DNA of 35,062 nucleotides from an uncultured Muribaculaceae bacterium (GTDB lineage Bacteria; Bacillota_I; Bacilli_A; RF39; UBA660): NCBI GenBank assembly GCA_964443805.1, contig CAYUEQ010000003.1, positions 1 to 35,062 of the forward strand, read 5' to 3'. Shown piece by piece: positions 10,515 to 18,309 of this stretch (position 1 is its first letter; each line of letters starts with the position of its first letter). The notes under the pieces were generated by a model. It saw only the letters and a program-made list of their open reading frames with translations, ran no database searches and was not told where the DNA came from. The position numbers and the translations under genes were made by a program.

Positions 10515-11777
10515 TTGCTAACTAAAATAAAAGATGTATTATTTGGAACTAGTAATAAAGATTTAAGAAAAAGAGTTGTTTATACTCTAGCTTGTCTAGC
10601 TATATTCGCTCTTGGGACTAATATTACTGTTCCTGGTGCTAAAGAGATAACAAGAGAGTTAGGCTTCTTAGATTTACTTGATCTAATGGCTGGTGGAGGT
10701 TTAAGAAACTTTTCCATCTTTGCTCTAGGAGTTTCTCCATATATTACAGCATCAATTATTACACAATTATTGCAAATGGACATTGTTCCATACTTTAGTG
10801 AATTAAAACATGAAGGTTATACTGGTCGTCAAAAAATAAATAAAATTAATAGATATGTAGGAATCTTATTTGGGTTCTTACAAGGATATTTCTTTTCAAT
10901 TGCATTCCTAGGATCTAGTAATCCACTAGAAATACTAAAAACTGCGTTAATATTAACAGCAGGGACTGCATTCTTACTTTGGTTAGGAGATCAAATAACA
11001 AGTAAAGGAATAGGTAATGGTATTTCATTAATAATTATGGCAGGTATCATACAATCGATGCCAAATACATTTATTACTGCATTCCATTCACTTATAACAA
11101 ATGTAACAAACCAAGCATTAGGAACATTACTGTTTAGCGTGTTTGTCTTAGTGTATATAATCATAATTATTGGAATTATTTATATATCAGAAGCAGAAAG
11201 AAGAATACCAATTCAGTATTCAAATAGAACAACAAGTGCTTATGGAGCACAACAAACATTCTTACCAATCAAGATTAATGCAGCTGGAGTTATTCCTGTT
11301 ATCTTTGCATCGACATTACTTGCAATACCAACAACAATAGCAGAGTTTGTAGGAAAAGAAGGATTTAAAAACTTTGTTAGTAGTTATTTAAATTACACAA
11401 CACCAGTTGGATTTGTATTATATGTAGTATTAATTATGTTCTTTGCATATTTTTATACATTTCTACAAATGAATCCAGATGAAATGAGTAAGAACTTAAA
11501 TGATAATGGTGGCTATATACCTGGAGTAAGACCCGGAGAAGACACATCATCATTTATAAGAAATGTTCTATCAAAAACAAATATTTTTGGGTCATTATTC
11601 TTAGTTGCATTAGCTGCAGCGCCAATACTGTTTTCATTGTTTTCTAAACTTCCGTCAACAGTTACAATCGGAGGAACTGGTTTGTTAATTGTAGTAGGTG
11701 TAGCGTTAGAAACATATAAACAAATGTCAAGTAGTATGGTTGCTAGAAGTTATAAAAGGAGACCAAGAAGAATTTGA
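10515..11777 (+). CDS. secY: Preprotein translocase subunit SecY
   Basis: The 420-aa polytopic product contains FALGVSPYITASIITQLL and LWLGDQIT..GIGNGISLII. The TTG start directly abuts the rplO TAA, with AGAGGTGA upstream. Confidence 0.95.
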   Translation: MLTKIKDVLFGTSNKDLRKRVVYTLACLAIFALGTNITVPGAKEITRELGFLDLLDLMAGGGLRNFSIFALGVSPYITASIITQLLQMDIVPYFSELKHEGYTGRQKINKINRYVGILFGFLQGYFFSIAFLGSSNPLEILKTALILTAGTAFLLWLGDQITSKGIGNGISLIIMAGIIQSMPNTFITAFHSLITNVTNQALGTLLFSVFVLVYIIIIIGIIYISEAERRIPIQYSNRTTSAYGAQQTFLPIKINAAGVIPVIFASTLLAIPTTIAEFVGKEGFKNFVSSYLNYTTPVGFVLYVVLIMFFAYFYTFLQMNPDEMSKNLNDNGGYIPGVRPGEDTSSFIRNVLSKTNIFGSLFLVALAAAPILFSLFSKLPSTVTIGGTGLLIVVGVALETYKQMSSSMVARSYKRRPRRI

Positions 11778-12436
11778 AAAACATAGTATTTATAGCTCCT
11801 CCTGCTGCAGGAAAAGGAACTCAAAGTAAATTATTAGTGGAAAAATATAATTATACACATATTTCCACTGGTGATTTACTTAGAAATAAAACTGTAGAAG
11901 AAGGATTTAATGGTCAAGAGCTGATGAATTCTGGAGAATTAGTTAGTGATGAACTCATTACAGAAGTGATAAAAGAAAAGTTAAAAACTTTATCAACAAA
12001 CTTTATTTTAGACGGATATCCAAGAACTATTAAACAAGCAAAATATTTTGATGATATTATTAAAAGTTTAAATATTGATAACTTAATTGTTATATATTTA
12101 GATATAGATCAAGAAAATGCAGAACAAAGAATGCTTGGAAGAATATACTGTAGAAATTGTAATGTAATATATAATAAATACTATGATAAAATGAAACCTG
12201 AAATTGAAGGTAAATGTGATATTTGTAAATCTAGTTTAGAAGTAAGAGTAGATGATAATATAGAAGCATTTAATAAAAGGTTTCAACTATTTTTAAATAA
12301 TATAAATCCTGTATTGGATTATTATAAAGAAAAGGGATTACTTAAAGTAGTGAAAGTTGAATCAGAAAAATTAGAAACATTTGAAAAAGTTGTCAAATGT
12401 ATTTCTGGAGAAGAGGAATTTAATGATAACCATTAA
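11774..12436 (+). CDS. adk: Adenylate kinase (zinc-lid type)
   Basis: AAGKGTQ P-loop, ISTGDLLR, DGYPRT, and a CRNC...CDIC lid. The TTG start sits in a TTGA overlap with the secY stop. Confidence 0.93.
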   Translation: MKNIVFIAPPAAGKGTQSKLLVEKYNYTHISTGDLLRNKTVEEGFNGQELMNSGELVSDELITEVIKEKLKTLSTNFILDGYPRTIKQAKYFDDIIKSLNIDNLIVIYLDIDQENAEQRMLGRIYCRNCNVIYNKYYDKMKPEIEGKCDICKSSLEVRVDDNIEAFNKRFQLFLNNINPVLDYYKEKGLLKVVKVESEKLETFEKVVKCISGEEEFNDNH

Positions 12437-13169
12437 AACTTCTGCAGAAATAAAAAAAATGAAAAATGCTGGTAAAATAAATGCAGAATGTCATAAACTG
12501 ATAGAAAAAAATATAGTACCAGGCATAACAACATTAGAATTAGATAAAATAGCTGAAAATTTTATCTTATCAAAAAACGCAACTCCATCTTTTAAAGGTA
12601 TTAACAATTTTCCTAAATCTATTTGTACATCTATCAATGAAGAAGTTGTACATGGAATACCAGGAAATAAAAAACTAAAAGAAGGAGATATAGTTTCAGT
12701 CGATATTGGAGTATGTTTAAATGGATATCATTCAGATTCTGCTAAAACATATCCAGTTGGCAAAATTAGTAAAGAAAAAGAGTACCTATTATACCATACT
12801 GAAAAATCTTTATACGAAGGTCTTAAAGAAATTAAAGATGGAGTAAGTCTAGGTACAATAAGTGCTACTATCGAGGGGTATGCTAAAAAGCATAAACTAA
12901 GTGTTATAAAAGAATTATGTGGTCATGGGATTGGAACAAGTCTCCATGAAAAACCAGACATTCCTAATTACGGAAGAAGAAATACTGGTTTAAAACTTAA
13001 AACTGGAATGACGCTAGCGATTGAACCAATGCTAAACTTAGGAACTAGAAAAGTCTGGTTAAAAGAAGATAATTGGACAATTGTAACCCAAGATAATAAA
13101 CCATCAGCTCACTTTGAGCACACAATAGTAGTAACAGATGATGGTTATGAAATATTGACAGGAGAGTGA
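12423..13169 (+). CDS. map: Type I methionine aminopeptidase
   Basis: MITIKTSAEIKKMKNAG..., VHGIPG, VSVDIG, CGHGIG..LHE, and LAIEPM...HFEHT. The start was moved to ATG 12423. Confidence 0.95.
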   Translation: MITIKTSAEIKKMKNAGKINAECHKLIEKNIVPGITTLELDKIAENFILSKNATPSFKGINNFPKSICTSINEEVVHGIPGNKKLKEGDIVSVDIGVCLNGYHSDSAKTYPVGKISKEKEYLLYHTEKSLYEGLKEIKDGVSLGTISATIEGYAKKHKLSVIKELCGHGIGTSLHEKPDIPNYGRRNTGLKLKTGMTLAIEPMLNLGTRKVWLKEDNWTIVTQDNKPSAHFEHTIVVTDDGYEILTGE

Positions 13170-13176
13170 ATATTAA

Positions 13177-13443
13177 TTGGCTAAAAATGATAGCAAAATA
13201 GAAGTTGAAGGTCGAGTAAAAGATATTTTAAAAGGTGGAGACTGTATAGTTGAATTAGAAAATGGCCACCAAATTAAAGCATATGCATCTGGTAAAATAA
13301 GAGCAAATTACATTAGAATCTTAGAAGGTGATTTAGTAACAGTCGAACTATCACCATACGATTTAACTCAAGGTCGAATAACATATCGTAAAAACGAAAG
13401 AAAAAGTGGAGGTAATGCAAGTGAAAGTAAGAGCATCAGTTAA
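13177..13443 (+). CDS. infA: Translation initiation factor IF-1 with a C-terminal extension of about 16 aa
   Basis: IEVEGRV...[39 protein letters not shown]. The start is TTG. The stop at 13441-13443 lies inside rpmJ. Confidence 0.93.
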   Translation: MAKNDSKIEVEGRVKDILKGGDCIVELENGHQIKAYASGKIRANYIRILEGDLVTVELSPYDLTQGRITYRKNERKSGGNASESKSIS

Positions 13444-13534
13444 AAAAATATGTGCAAAATGTAAAATAATTAAAAGAAATGGACGTGTTATGGTAATTTG
13501 TGAGAATCCAAAACACAAACAAGTTCAAGGGTAG
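13421..13534 (+). CDS. rpmJ: 50S ribosomal protein L36 (37 aa; missing from the ORF track)
   Basis: Hand translation from GTG 13421 gives [42 protein letters not shown] (13408-13412) lies 8 nt upstream. Confidence 0.93.
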   Translation: MKVRASVKKICAKCKIIKRNGRVMVICENPKHKQVQG

Positions 13535-13543
13535 GAGGATTTT

Positions 13544-13918
13544 ATGGCAAGAATAAAAAATATTGAATTACCAAATGAAAAACATATTTGTATAGGACTT
13601 ACTGAAATTTATGGTGTTGGAAGAAGCTTAGCAATTACAATTTGTGAAGATGCTAAAGTTGACCCATCAAAAAAAGTAAAAGACTTAACAAATGATGAGG
13701 TAAATTCATTAAGAAAAGAAGTTGACAAACAAGTTGTTGAAGGTGATTTAAGACGTGATGTACAACTAAACATTAAAAATAAAATGGAAATAAACAGCTA
13801 TGAAGGAACTAGACACAAAAAAGGATTACCTGTAAACGGACAAAGAACAAGCAGAAATGCTCGTACTCGTAAAGGTAAAAACAGAGTAGTTGCTAATAAA
13901 AAGAAAACTGGGAAATAG
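13544..13918 (+). CDS. rpsM: 30S ribosomal protein S13
   Basis: MARI.NIELP..K...IGLT.IYGVGRS.A. Operon position supports the call. Confidence 0.96.
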   Translation: MARIKNIELPNEKHICIGLTEIYGVGRSLAITICEDAKVDPSKKVKDLTNDEVNSLRKEVDKQVVEGDLRRDVQLNIKNKMEINSYEGTRHKKGLPVNGQRTSRNARTRKGKNRVVANKKKTGK

Positions 13919-13927
13919 GAGGTAATT

Positions 13928-14311
13928 ATGGCTTATAATAGTAGAAAAAGAAAAGTAAAGAAAAATATTCCTGAAGGTCAAGCACATATCCATTCAACGT
14001 ATAATAATACTGTTGTATCTATTACAGATAAAAATGGTAATGTAATATCATGGGCATCATCAGGAACAATTGGTTACAAAGGAAGTAAAAAGAAAACTCC
14101 ATTTTCAGCAGGAGTTGCAGCAGAAGCAGCAGCAACTAAAGCAATGGAATCAGGAGTTAAAAAAGTTGAAGCATTTGTTAAAGGTCTTGGTTCAGGACGT
14201 GAAAATGCAATTCGTTCACTACAAGCTGCAGGTTTAGAAGTTACAGGTATAAATGATGTAACACCTATACCACACAATGGTTGTCGACCACCAAAAAGAC
14301 CGAGAAATTAA
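13928..14311 (+). CDS. rpsK: 30S ribosomal protein S11
   Basis: [36 protein letters not shown]...[11 protein letters not shown]. Confidence 0.97.
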   Translation: MAYNSRKRKVKKNIPEGQAHIHSTYNNTVVSITDKNGNVISWASSGTIGYKGSKKKTPFSAGVAAEAAATKAMESGVKKVEAFVKGLGSGRENAIRSLQAAGLEVTGINDVTPIPHNGCRPPKRPRN

Positions 14312-14326
14312 AAGGGAGGGTTATAA

Positions 14327-15271
14327 ATGTTTAATTTTGAAAAACCAGAATATAAAATAAAAGAGTACTTAGAAAATAATCATTATGGAAAATTTGAATT
14401 AGAACCGTTAGAAAGAGGATTTGCTACTACAATTGGAAATGCATTAAGAAGAATAATGCTATCTAATTTACCAGGTGCTGCTATTACATCAGTTAAAATA
14501 GATGGTGTATTACATGAATTCCAAAAAATAGATGGTGTTGTAGAAGACGTAACAGCAATCGTTCTAGCACTTAAAAGTGTAGTAATTAAAAATCATTCTA
14601 AAGAAGATAAAATTATAAGATTATCATCTTCAAAAGAAGGAGCAGTAACTGCAGGAGATATCGATAAAGATCCAGATATAGAAATAGTTAATCCAGATTT
14701 AGTCATCTGTAACTTAGTTAAAGGTGGAAAAATTGATATGGAAATGACTGTATCAAATGGTCGTGGATATGTTGATGCTGCAGAAAATCAAAAGTTATTT
14801 GAAAATGTTGAAGTTGGTGTAATTGCAATTGATTCACTATATTCTCCAATTGAAAGAGTAAATTTTGAACGTGAAAGTGCACGTGTAGGACATAACGAAA
14901 ACTTTGATAAACTAATAATGAATATTTGGACAGATGGAAGCATAACTCCAGAAGAGGCTATGGCACTATCAGCTAAGATATTAATAGAACATTTGAATAT
15001 AATAGCAGATCTAAATGCAATTAGTGATGTAACTGGACTAATGGCTGAAAAGAAAGTTGATGATAGTGCTAAAACATTAGAAACTCCAATTGAAGAAATC
15101 GAATTTTCAGTAAGAGCTTATAACTGTTTAAAAAGAGCGGGAATACATACTGTTCAAGACTTAATTGCTAAAAAAGAAATAGAAGTAACAAAAATAAGAA
15201 ACTTAGGTAAAAAATCACTTAAAGAAGTAGTAGATAAAGTTGAAGAGCTTGGTCTTAAGTTTCACGAATAG
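14327..15271 (+). CDS. rpoA: DNA-directed RNA polymerase subunit alpha
   Basis: GKFELEPLERGFATTIGNALRRIMLS.LPGAA. The C-terminal domain reads IEEIEFSVRAYNCLKRAGIHTVQDL. Confidence 0.97.
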   Translation: MFNFEKPEYKIKEYLENNHYGKFELEPLERGFATTIGNALRRIMLSNLPGAAITSVKIDGVLHEFQKIDGVVEDVTAIVLALKSVVIKNHSKEDKIIRLSSSKEGAVTAGDIDKDPDIEIVNPDLVICNLVKGGKIDMEMTVSNGRGYVDAAENQKLFENVEVGVIAIDSLYSPIERVNFERESARVGHNENFDKLIMNIWTDGSITPEEAMALSAKILIEHLNIIADLNAISDVTGLMAEKKVDDSAKTLETPIEEIEFSVRAYNCLKRAGIHTVQDLIAKKEIEVTKIRNLGKKSLKEVVDKVEELGLKFHE

Positions 15272-15281
15272 GAGGATTTAG

Positions 15282-15623
15282 ATGTCATATAATAAACTAG
15301 GAAGAGATACACAAGTTAGAAGAAGTATATTAGCAGGGCTAACTAAAGATGTAATAATGAATGAAAGTATTGTTACTACTAAAGCTAGAGCTAAAGAAGT
15401 ATCTAAATTTGTAGATCGTATGATTACTTATGGAAAAAAAGGTACTTTAGTTGCAAGACGTCAAGCATTAGCATTCTTACATAATGACAAAGAAGTAGTT
15501 AAAAAAATATTTGATGAACTTGCTCCTCGCTATAAAGACCGTAATGGTGGTTATACAAGAATCTTAAAATTAAAAGAAAGAATCGGAGACGATGCATTAG
15601 AAGTAAAAATAGAACTAGTTTAA
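15282..15623 (+). CDS. rplQ: 50S ribosomal protein L17
   Basis: KLGRDT..RRS.L..L......E.I.TT..RAKEV...VD.MIT..K and GGYTRILKL..R.GD.A. Confidence 0.96.
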   Translation: MSYNKLGRDTQVRRSILAGLTKDVIMNESIVTTKARAKEVSKFVDRMITYGKKGTLVARRQALAFLHNDKEVVKKIFDELAPRYKDRNGGYTRILKLKERIGDDALEVKIELV

Positions 15624-15637
15624 TAGTTCTATTTTTT
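15605..15637. terminator. Bidirectional intrinsic terminator between the convergent rplQ and the accessory operon
   Basis: A perfect 13-bp stem, aaaaatagaacta (15605-15617) / tagttctattttt (15624-15636), has a 6-nt loop and A/T runs on both sides. It spans both stop codons. Confidence 0.7.
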
Positions 15638-16121
15638 AATTCTCTGTTTTTTCTTTAATATACTTTTTACCATAAGTATTAGTATCTATTTCAACATCTT
15701 TTATTTCAAAAGAAACAACTTTTTCTTTATATGTTTCATATGCGAAAGGATCTCTTGTGTAGTCCAAATAAAGAATAAATTTACCATTTTTATAATGGAA
15801 TTGATCTATTAACGGAAAATCTTCACGAGTATAATTAATAAGTGTTATAGATGAATCTTTTTGATTTTGAACATCGTTATAGAACTGCTGTACTTTTTCT
15901 TCATTGGCTGAATAGTTTCTTCTGTAAATTACGTATCCATCTTTTTCGGCGTTATCAAAATTGTAATCTACTGGTATTGTGTATTCAACACCTTTAATTT
16001 TAAAGGGTTTATTTTTAATTACATTACTTATGAGTGTTCCTAGTATTGCAATAACAGTTAGTATAAGAGCAAAATAAATTAATGCTTTAGTATTATTGTC
16101 TAGTTCATTAAATTTTATCAT
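15636..16121 (-). CDS. N-terminally anchored membrane protein with an extracytoplasmic DUF4362-like domain (gene 5 of the operon)
   Basis: The TM segment is ALIYFALILTVIAILGTLISNVI. The stretch EEKVQQFYNDVQNQKDSSITLINYTREDFPLIDQFHYKNGKFILYLDYTRDPF resembles the DUF4362 pattern (..YT.EGDPI....DGK....D.T.D.F), judged by eye only. Confidence 0.7.
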   Translation of the reverse strand: MIKFNELDNNTKALIYFALILTVIAILGTLISNVIKNKPFKIKGVEYTIPVDYNFDNAEKDGYVIYRRNYSANEEKVQQFYNDVQNQKDSSITLINYTREDFPLIDQFHYKNGKFILYLDYTRDPFAYETYKEKVVSFEIKDVEIDTNTYGKKYIKEKTEN

Positions 16122-16132
16122 ATAATCATTCC

Positions 16133-16387
16133 TTAACTATTTTTTAATATTGTATATATTAGTATTGTTAATATTAATATTAACATAATAATAACTGTAA
16201 TGCCAATTGATAAAATTAAAATATTACTTTTGTTTTTTTCTTCTTTTTCTTCACTCAAATTTAGTTTGTTAATTTGGGCTGATAATTGAGCATTAACTTC
16301 TGAAATGTTGTTGTATGTTTTTAAGCCACACGTACGACAATAAGCATCTATTTCTTTTATTTCATGAGAACATCTTCGACAAATCAT
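16133..16387 (-). CDS. Small zinc-ribbon protein with a C-terminal TM helix (gene 4)
   Basis: CRRC-x11-CRTC sits at the N-terminus, followed by a charged linker and then ILILSIGITVIIMLILILTILIYTIL. The start has an AGGTGA RBS and abuts the stop of the upstream gene. Confidence 0.7.
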   Translation of the reverse strand: MICRRCSHEIKEIDAYCRTCGLKTYNNISEVNAQLSAQINKLNLSEEKEEKNKSNILILSIGITVIIMLILILTILIYTILKNS

Positions 16388-16873
16388 TTAATCACCTAAT
16401 ATTTCTATTTTTGATATTATTTTAATAACATTATCTAGATAGATATCAAACTCGTCTTTATCGTTGCTATATTCGACGATTACAACGTATTCTGCCTTTT
16501 GGAGGATAGAAGTTAGTAGTTGGTTGTCTTCACCCTCTAAAATCAAATTAGCGCCTAAATAGTTAGTATTAAATGTGTTAGTATCTTCGTATATAAGAGT
16601 GTAGTCATGATATTCTGCTTTTACAATATTTTTAATAGTAGCTATAGTTTTAGAATTGTCTAATTTATTGACATAGACATTTATTACTGCATCTTCTTTA
16701 GTTAATGTTAATATATTATTTTTTTCTTCTATATTCCAGATATTATCATAATCAAATTTTATATCATTATTTTTATAGTGTTTTGTAACAACAAAATTTT
16801 TATAATATAGTATACTTATAATTATAACTAATATTAATATAATAGACATAATCAAAATTAATTTTTTTTTCAT
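16388..16873 (-). CDS. N-terminally anchored membrane protein of unknown function (gene 3)
   Basis: MKKKLILIMSIILILVIIISILYY forms a TM helix, followed by an extracytoplasmic domain of about 130 aa. It has a GGAGG RBS and a TAATG overlap with gene 2. Confidence 0.72.
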   Translation of the reverse strand: MKKKLILIMSIILILVIIISILYYKNFVVTKHYKNNDIKFDYDNIWNIEEKNNILTLTKEDAVINVYVNKLDNSKTIATIKNIVKAEYHDYTLIYEDTNTFNTNYLGANLILEGEDNQLLTSILQKAEYVVIVEYSNDKDEFDIYLDNVIKIISKIEILGD

Positions 16874-18309
16874 TATTTTTCCTCCACTATTACCAATAAA
16901 TAATTAAATACATCAAGTAGAATTATATTATAATTAGAGTTAGAGTATATTTCTTTAATGTTACTTTTAGTTACTTTAAATCCTTCATCAATTAATTGTG
17001 TTGTAAATAAACTTGTCTGACTTAAAGTACCCAATAGTTTATAATTGTTTGCATTGTATTTAAAAGTAGTAATATTATCTTTAGTACTTATTTTAATTAA
17101 ATCTAAATCGATATTGTTATTTAAATCTCCAATGTTAACTTGAGTAGATTTTAATATTTCGCTTTCGTTATTTAATGTAGATGTATAAAAATTATTTTTT
17201 ATTTCTTTTAAACTGACTGCACTAATATTAGAGTAAGTTAAGTTATTTAGTTTAGTTTGAATATCTTTTAAATATTGATTTTTAATACTAAGAGTTATTG
17301 GAGATTCTAAAAAATTATTCTTTGTCATTCCAATTAATTTCCCAAATTCATTAAATAAGGGAGCTCCTGCATCATTCAATGAAGAAGGTAGAAGTGTTAT
17401 TAAGTTTTCTTTATCTAATAAATTACCACCAGTAGTAGATAATTTAAAACCATCTTTTGTTCCTACTTGATAAACATCTTTATAATTTGTGTCTACTTCT
17501 AGATAGTGAGTAATATCACTATCAACTTTTAATAGGGCAAGATCTAAGTGATGATTGTAGTCCACTAAACCAACAATGTTATATGTTTGATGATTGTTTG
17601 AAACCGATATAATATCACTTTCATTTAATGAATTATTAATATAATCAAAACTTGTTGCTATAATTCCATTGCTAATAAAAAATCCAACAGCAGTATTTAT
17701 TATTCCATTATTTTTATATGTATGTAAGATAACAACTTTATCATAATCAAAATTAATGTTTTTATTATCTATATCTGGAATATTATTAATATTGTTATCC
17801 ATAAGATTGTAAGTTTCTAAAAACAATTTATTATTATCTTTAGCTTCGTTAAAAAAGTTTTCAATAATATCGTTAGGCTCTAAAACTACATTAACTATTT
17901 TATTGTCTTTTAAAAAATAAGTCAGTCCTAAATTGTTGTTATCATTTGTTTCAACAATAACTTTTGAAATAGTATAAACGTTAGTTTCGATATAATCTAC
18001 TACATTAATATAATTAACTTTTATTTTTAATTCTTTTATATCCTTATGTACATCTTTAATTATCGAATCACTATTTTTATCATAACTATATTTTAAAACT
18101 TCTTTACTTTTATTTTTATTAATTAGTTGATGAGTAATATCTTTAATAAGTTTTTTATTATATGTTTTTGGTGTTACATCTTGAATAATTTTTGTTGGTA
18201 GTTTTGCTTTAATACTTCCATAAAAATTATTATAATCAAAGTTTATTTCTTTGATATCTGCAAATACAACTGTAGGTAGTAAAAGCAGTAGTAATAAACA
18301 TTTTTTCAT
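16873..18309 (-). CDS. Secreted trypsin-fold (S1C/Trypsin_2-like) protein that appears catalytically dead (gene 2)
   Basis: The signal peptide is MKKCLLLLLLLPTVVFA. The core reads AVGFFISNGIIATSFDYI ... HHLDLALLKV ... NDAGAPLFNEFGKLIGM and matches the template GSGF....G.ivTNaHVv...DlAlLKv...GNSGGPL.n..G.lIGi. Asp is retained, His is replaced by Asp, and Ser by Ala. Confidence 0.75.
   Translation of the reverse strand: MKKCLLLLLLLPTVVFADIKEINFDYNNFYGSIKAKLPTKIIQDVTPKTYNKKLIKDITHQLINKNKSKEVLKYSYDKNSDSIIKDVHKDIKELKIKVNYINVVDYIETNVYTISKVIVETNDNNNLGLTYFLKDNKIVNVVLEPNDIIENFFNEAKDNNKLFLETYNLMDNNINNIPDIDNKNINFDYDKVVILHTYKNNGIINTAVGFFISNGIIATSFDYINNSLNESDIISVSNNHQTYNIVGLVDYNHHLDLALLKVDSDITHYLEVDTNYKDVYQVGTKDGFKLSTTGGNLLDKENLITLLPSSLNDAGAPLFNEFGKLIGMTKNNFLESPITLSIKNQYLKDIQTKLNNLTYSNISAVSLKEIKNNFYTSTLNNESEILKSTQVNIGDLNNNIDLDLIKISTKDNITTFKYNANNYKLLGTLSQTSLFTTQLIDEGFKVTKSNIKEIYSNSNYNIILLDVFNYLLVIVEEK

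Noticed and set aside
11775-13169. Alternative genetic code (TGA = Trp, as in Mycoplasma/Spiroplasma), considered because of the low GC and Mollicutes-like features.
   Set aside because: TGA terminates secY (11775-11777) and map (13167-13169) exactly where the proteins should end and the next genes begin. No conserved gene needs TGA read-through.
2260-14277. Antisense or alternative-frame ORFs inside ribosomal and housekeeping genes. Examples: 2260-2466(-), 2874-3170(-), 3294-3671(-), 4340-4666(-), 5289-5489(-), 6151-6408(-), 7213-7449(-), 8629-8871(-), 9159-9470(-), 10067-10348(-), 10580-10783(-) and 14074-14277(-).
   Set aside because: Each lies fully within a confidently identified conserved gene on the opposite strand. 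They lack RBS context and have low-complexity or odd composition. They are typical shadow ORFs of AT-rich DNA.
16862-16870. A9/T9 homopolymer tracts at the 5' end of gene 3 (ATG AAAAAAAAA), inside gene 1 (about 19056-19064) and in the DUF3048 gene (29877-29900), considered as slipped-strand phase-variation switches.
   Set aside because: They encode ordinary Lys runs in N-terminal anchors of an AT-rich genome. There is no evidence of length heterogeneity from a single sequence, and such tracts are expected by composition.
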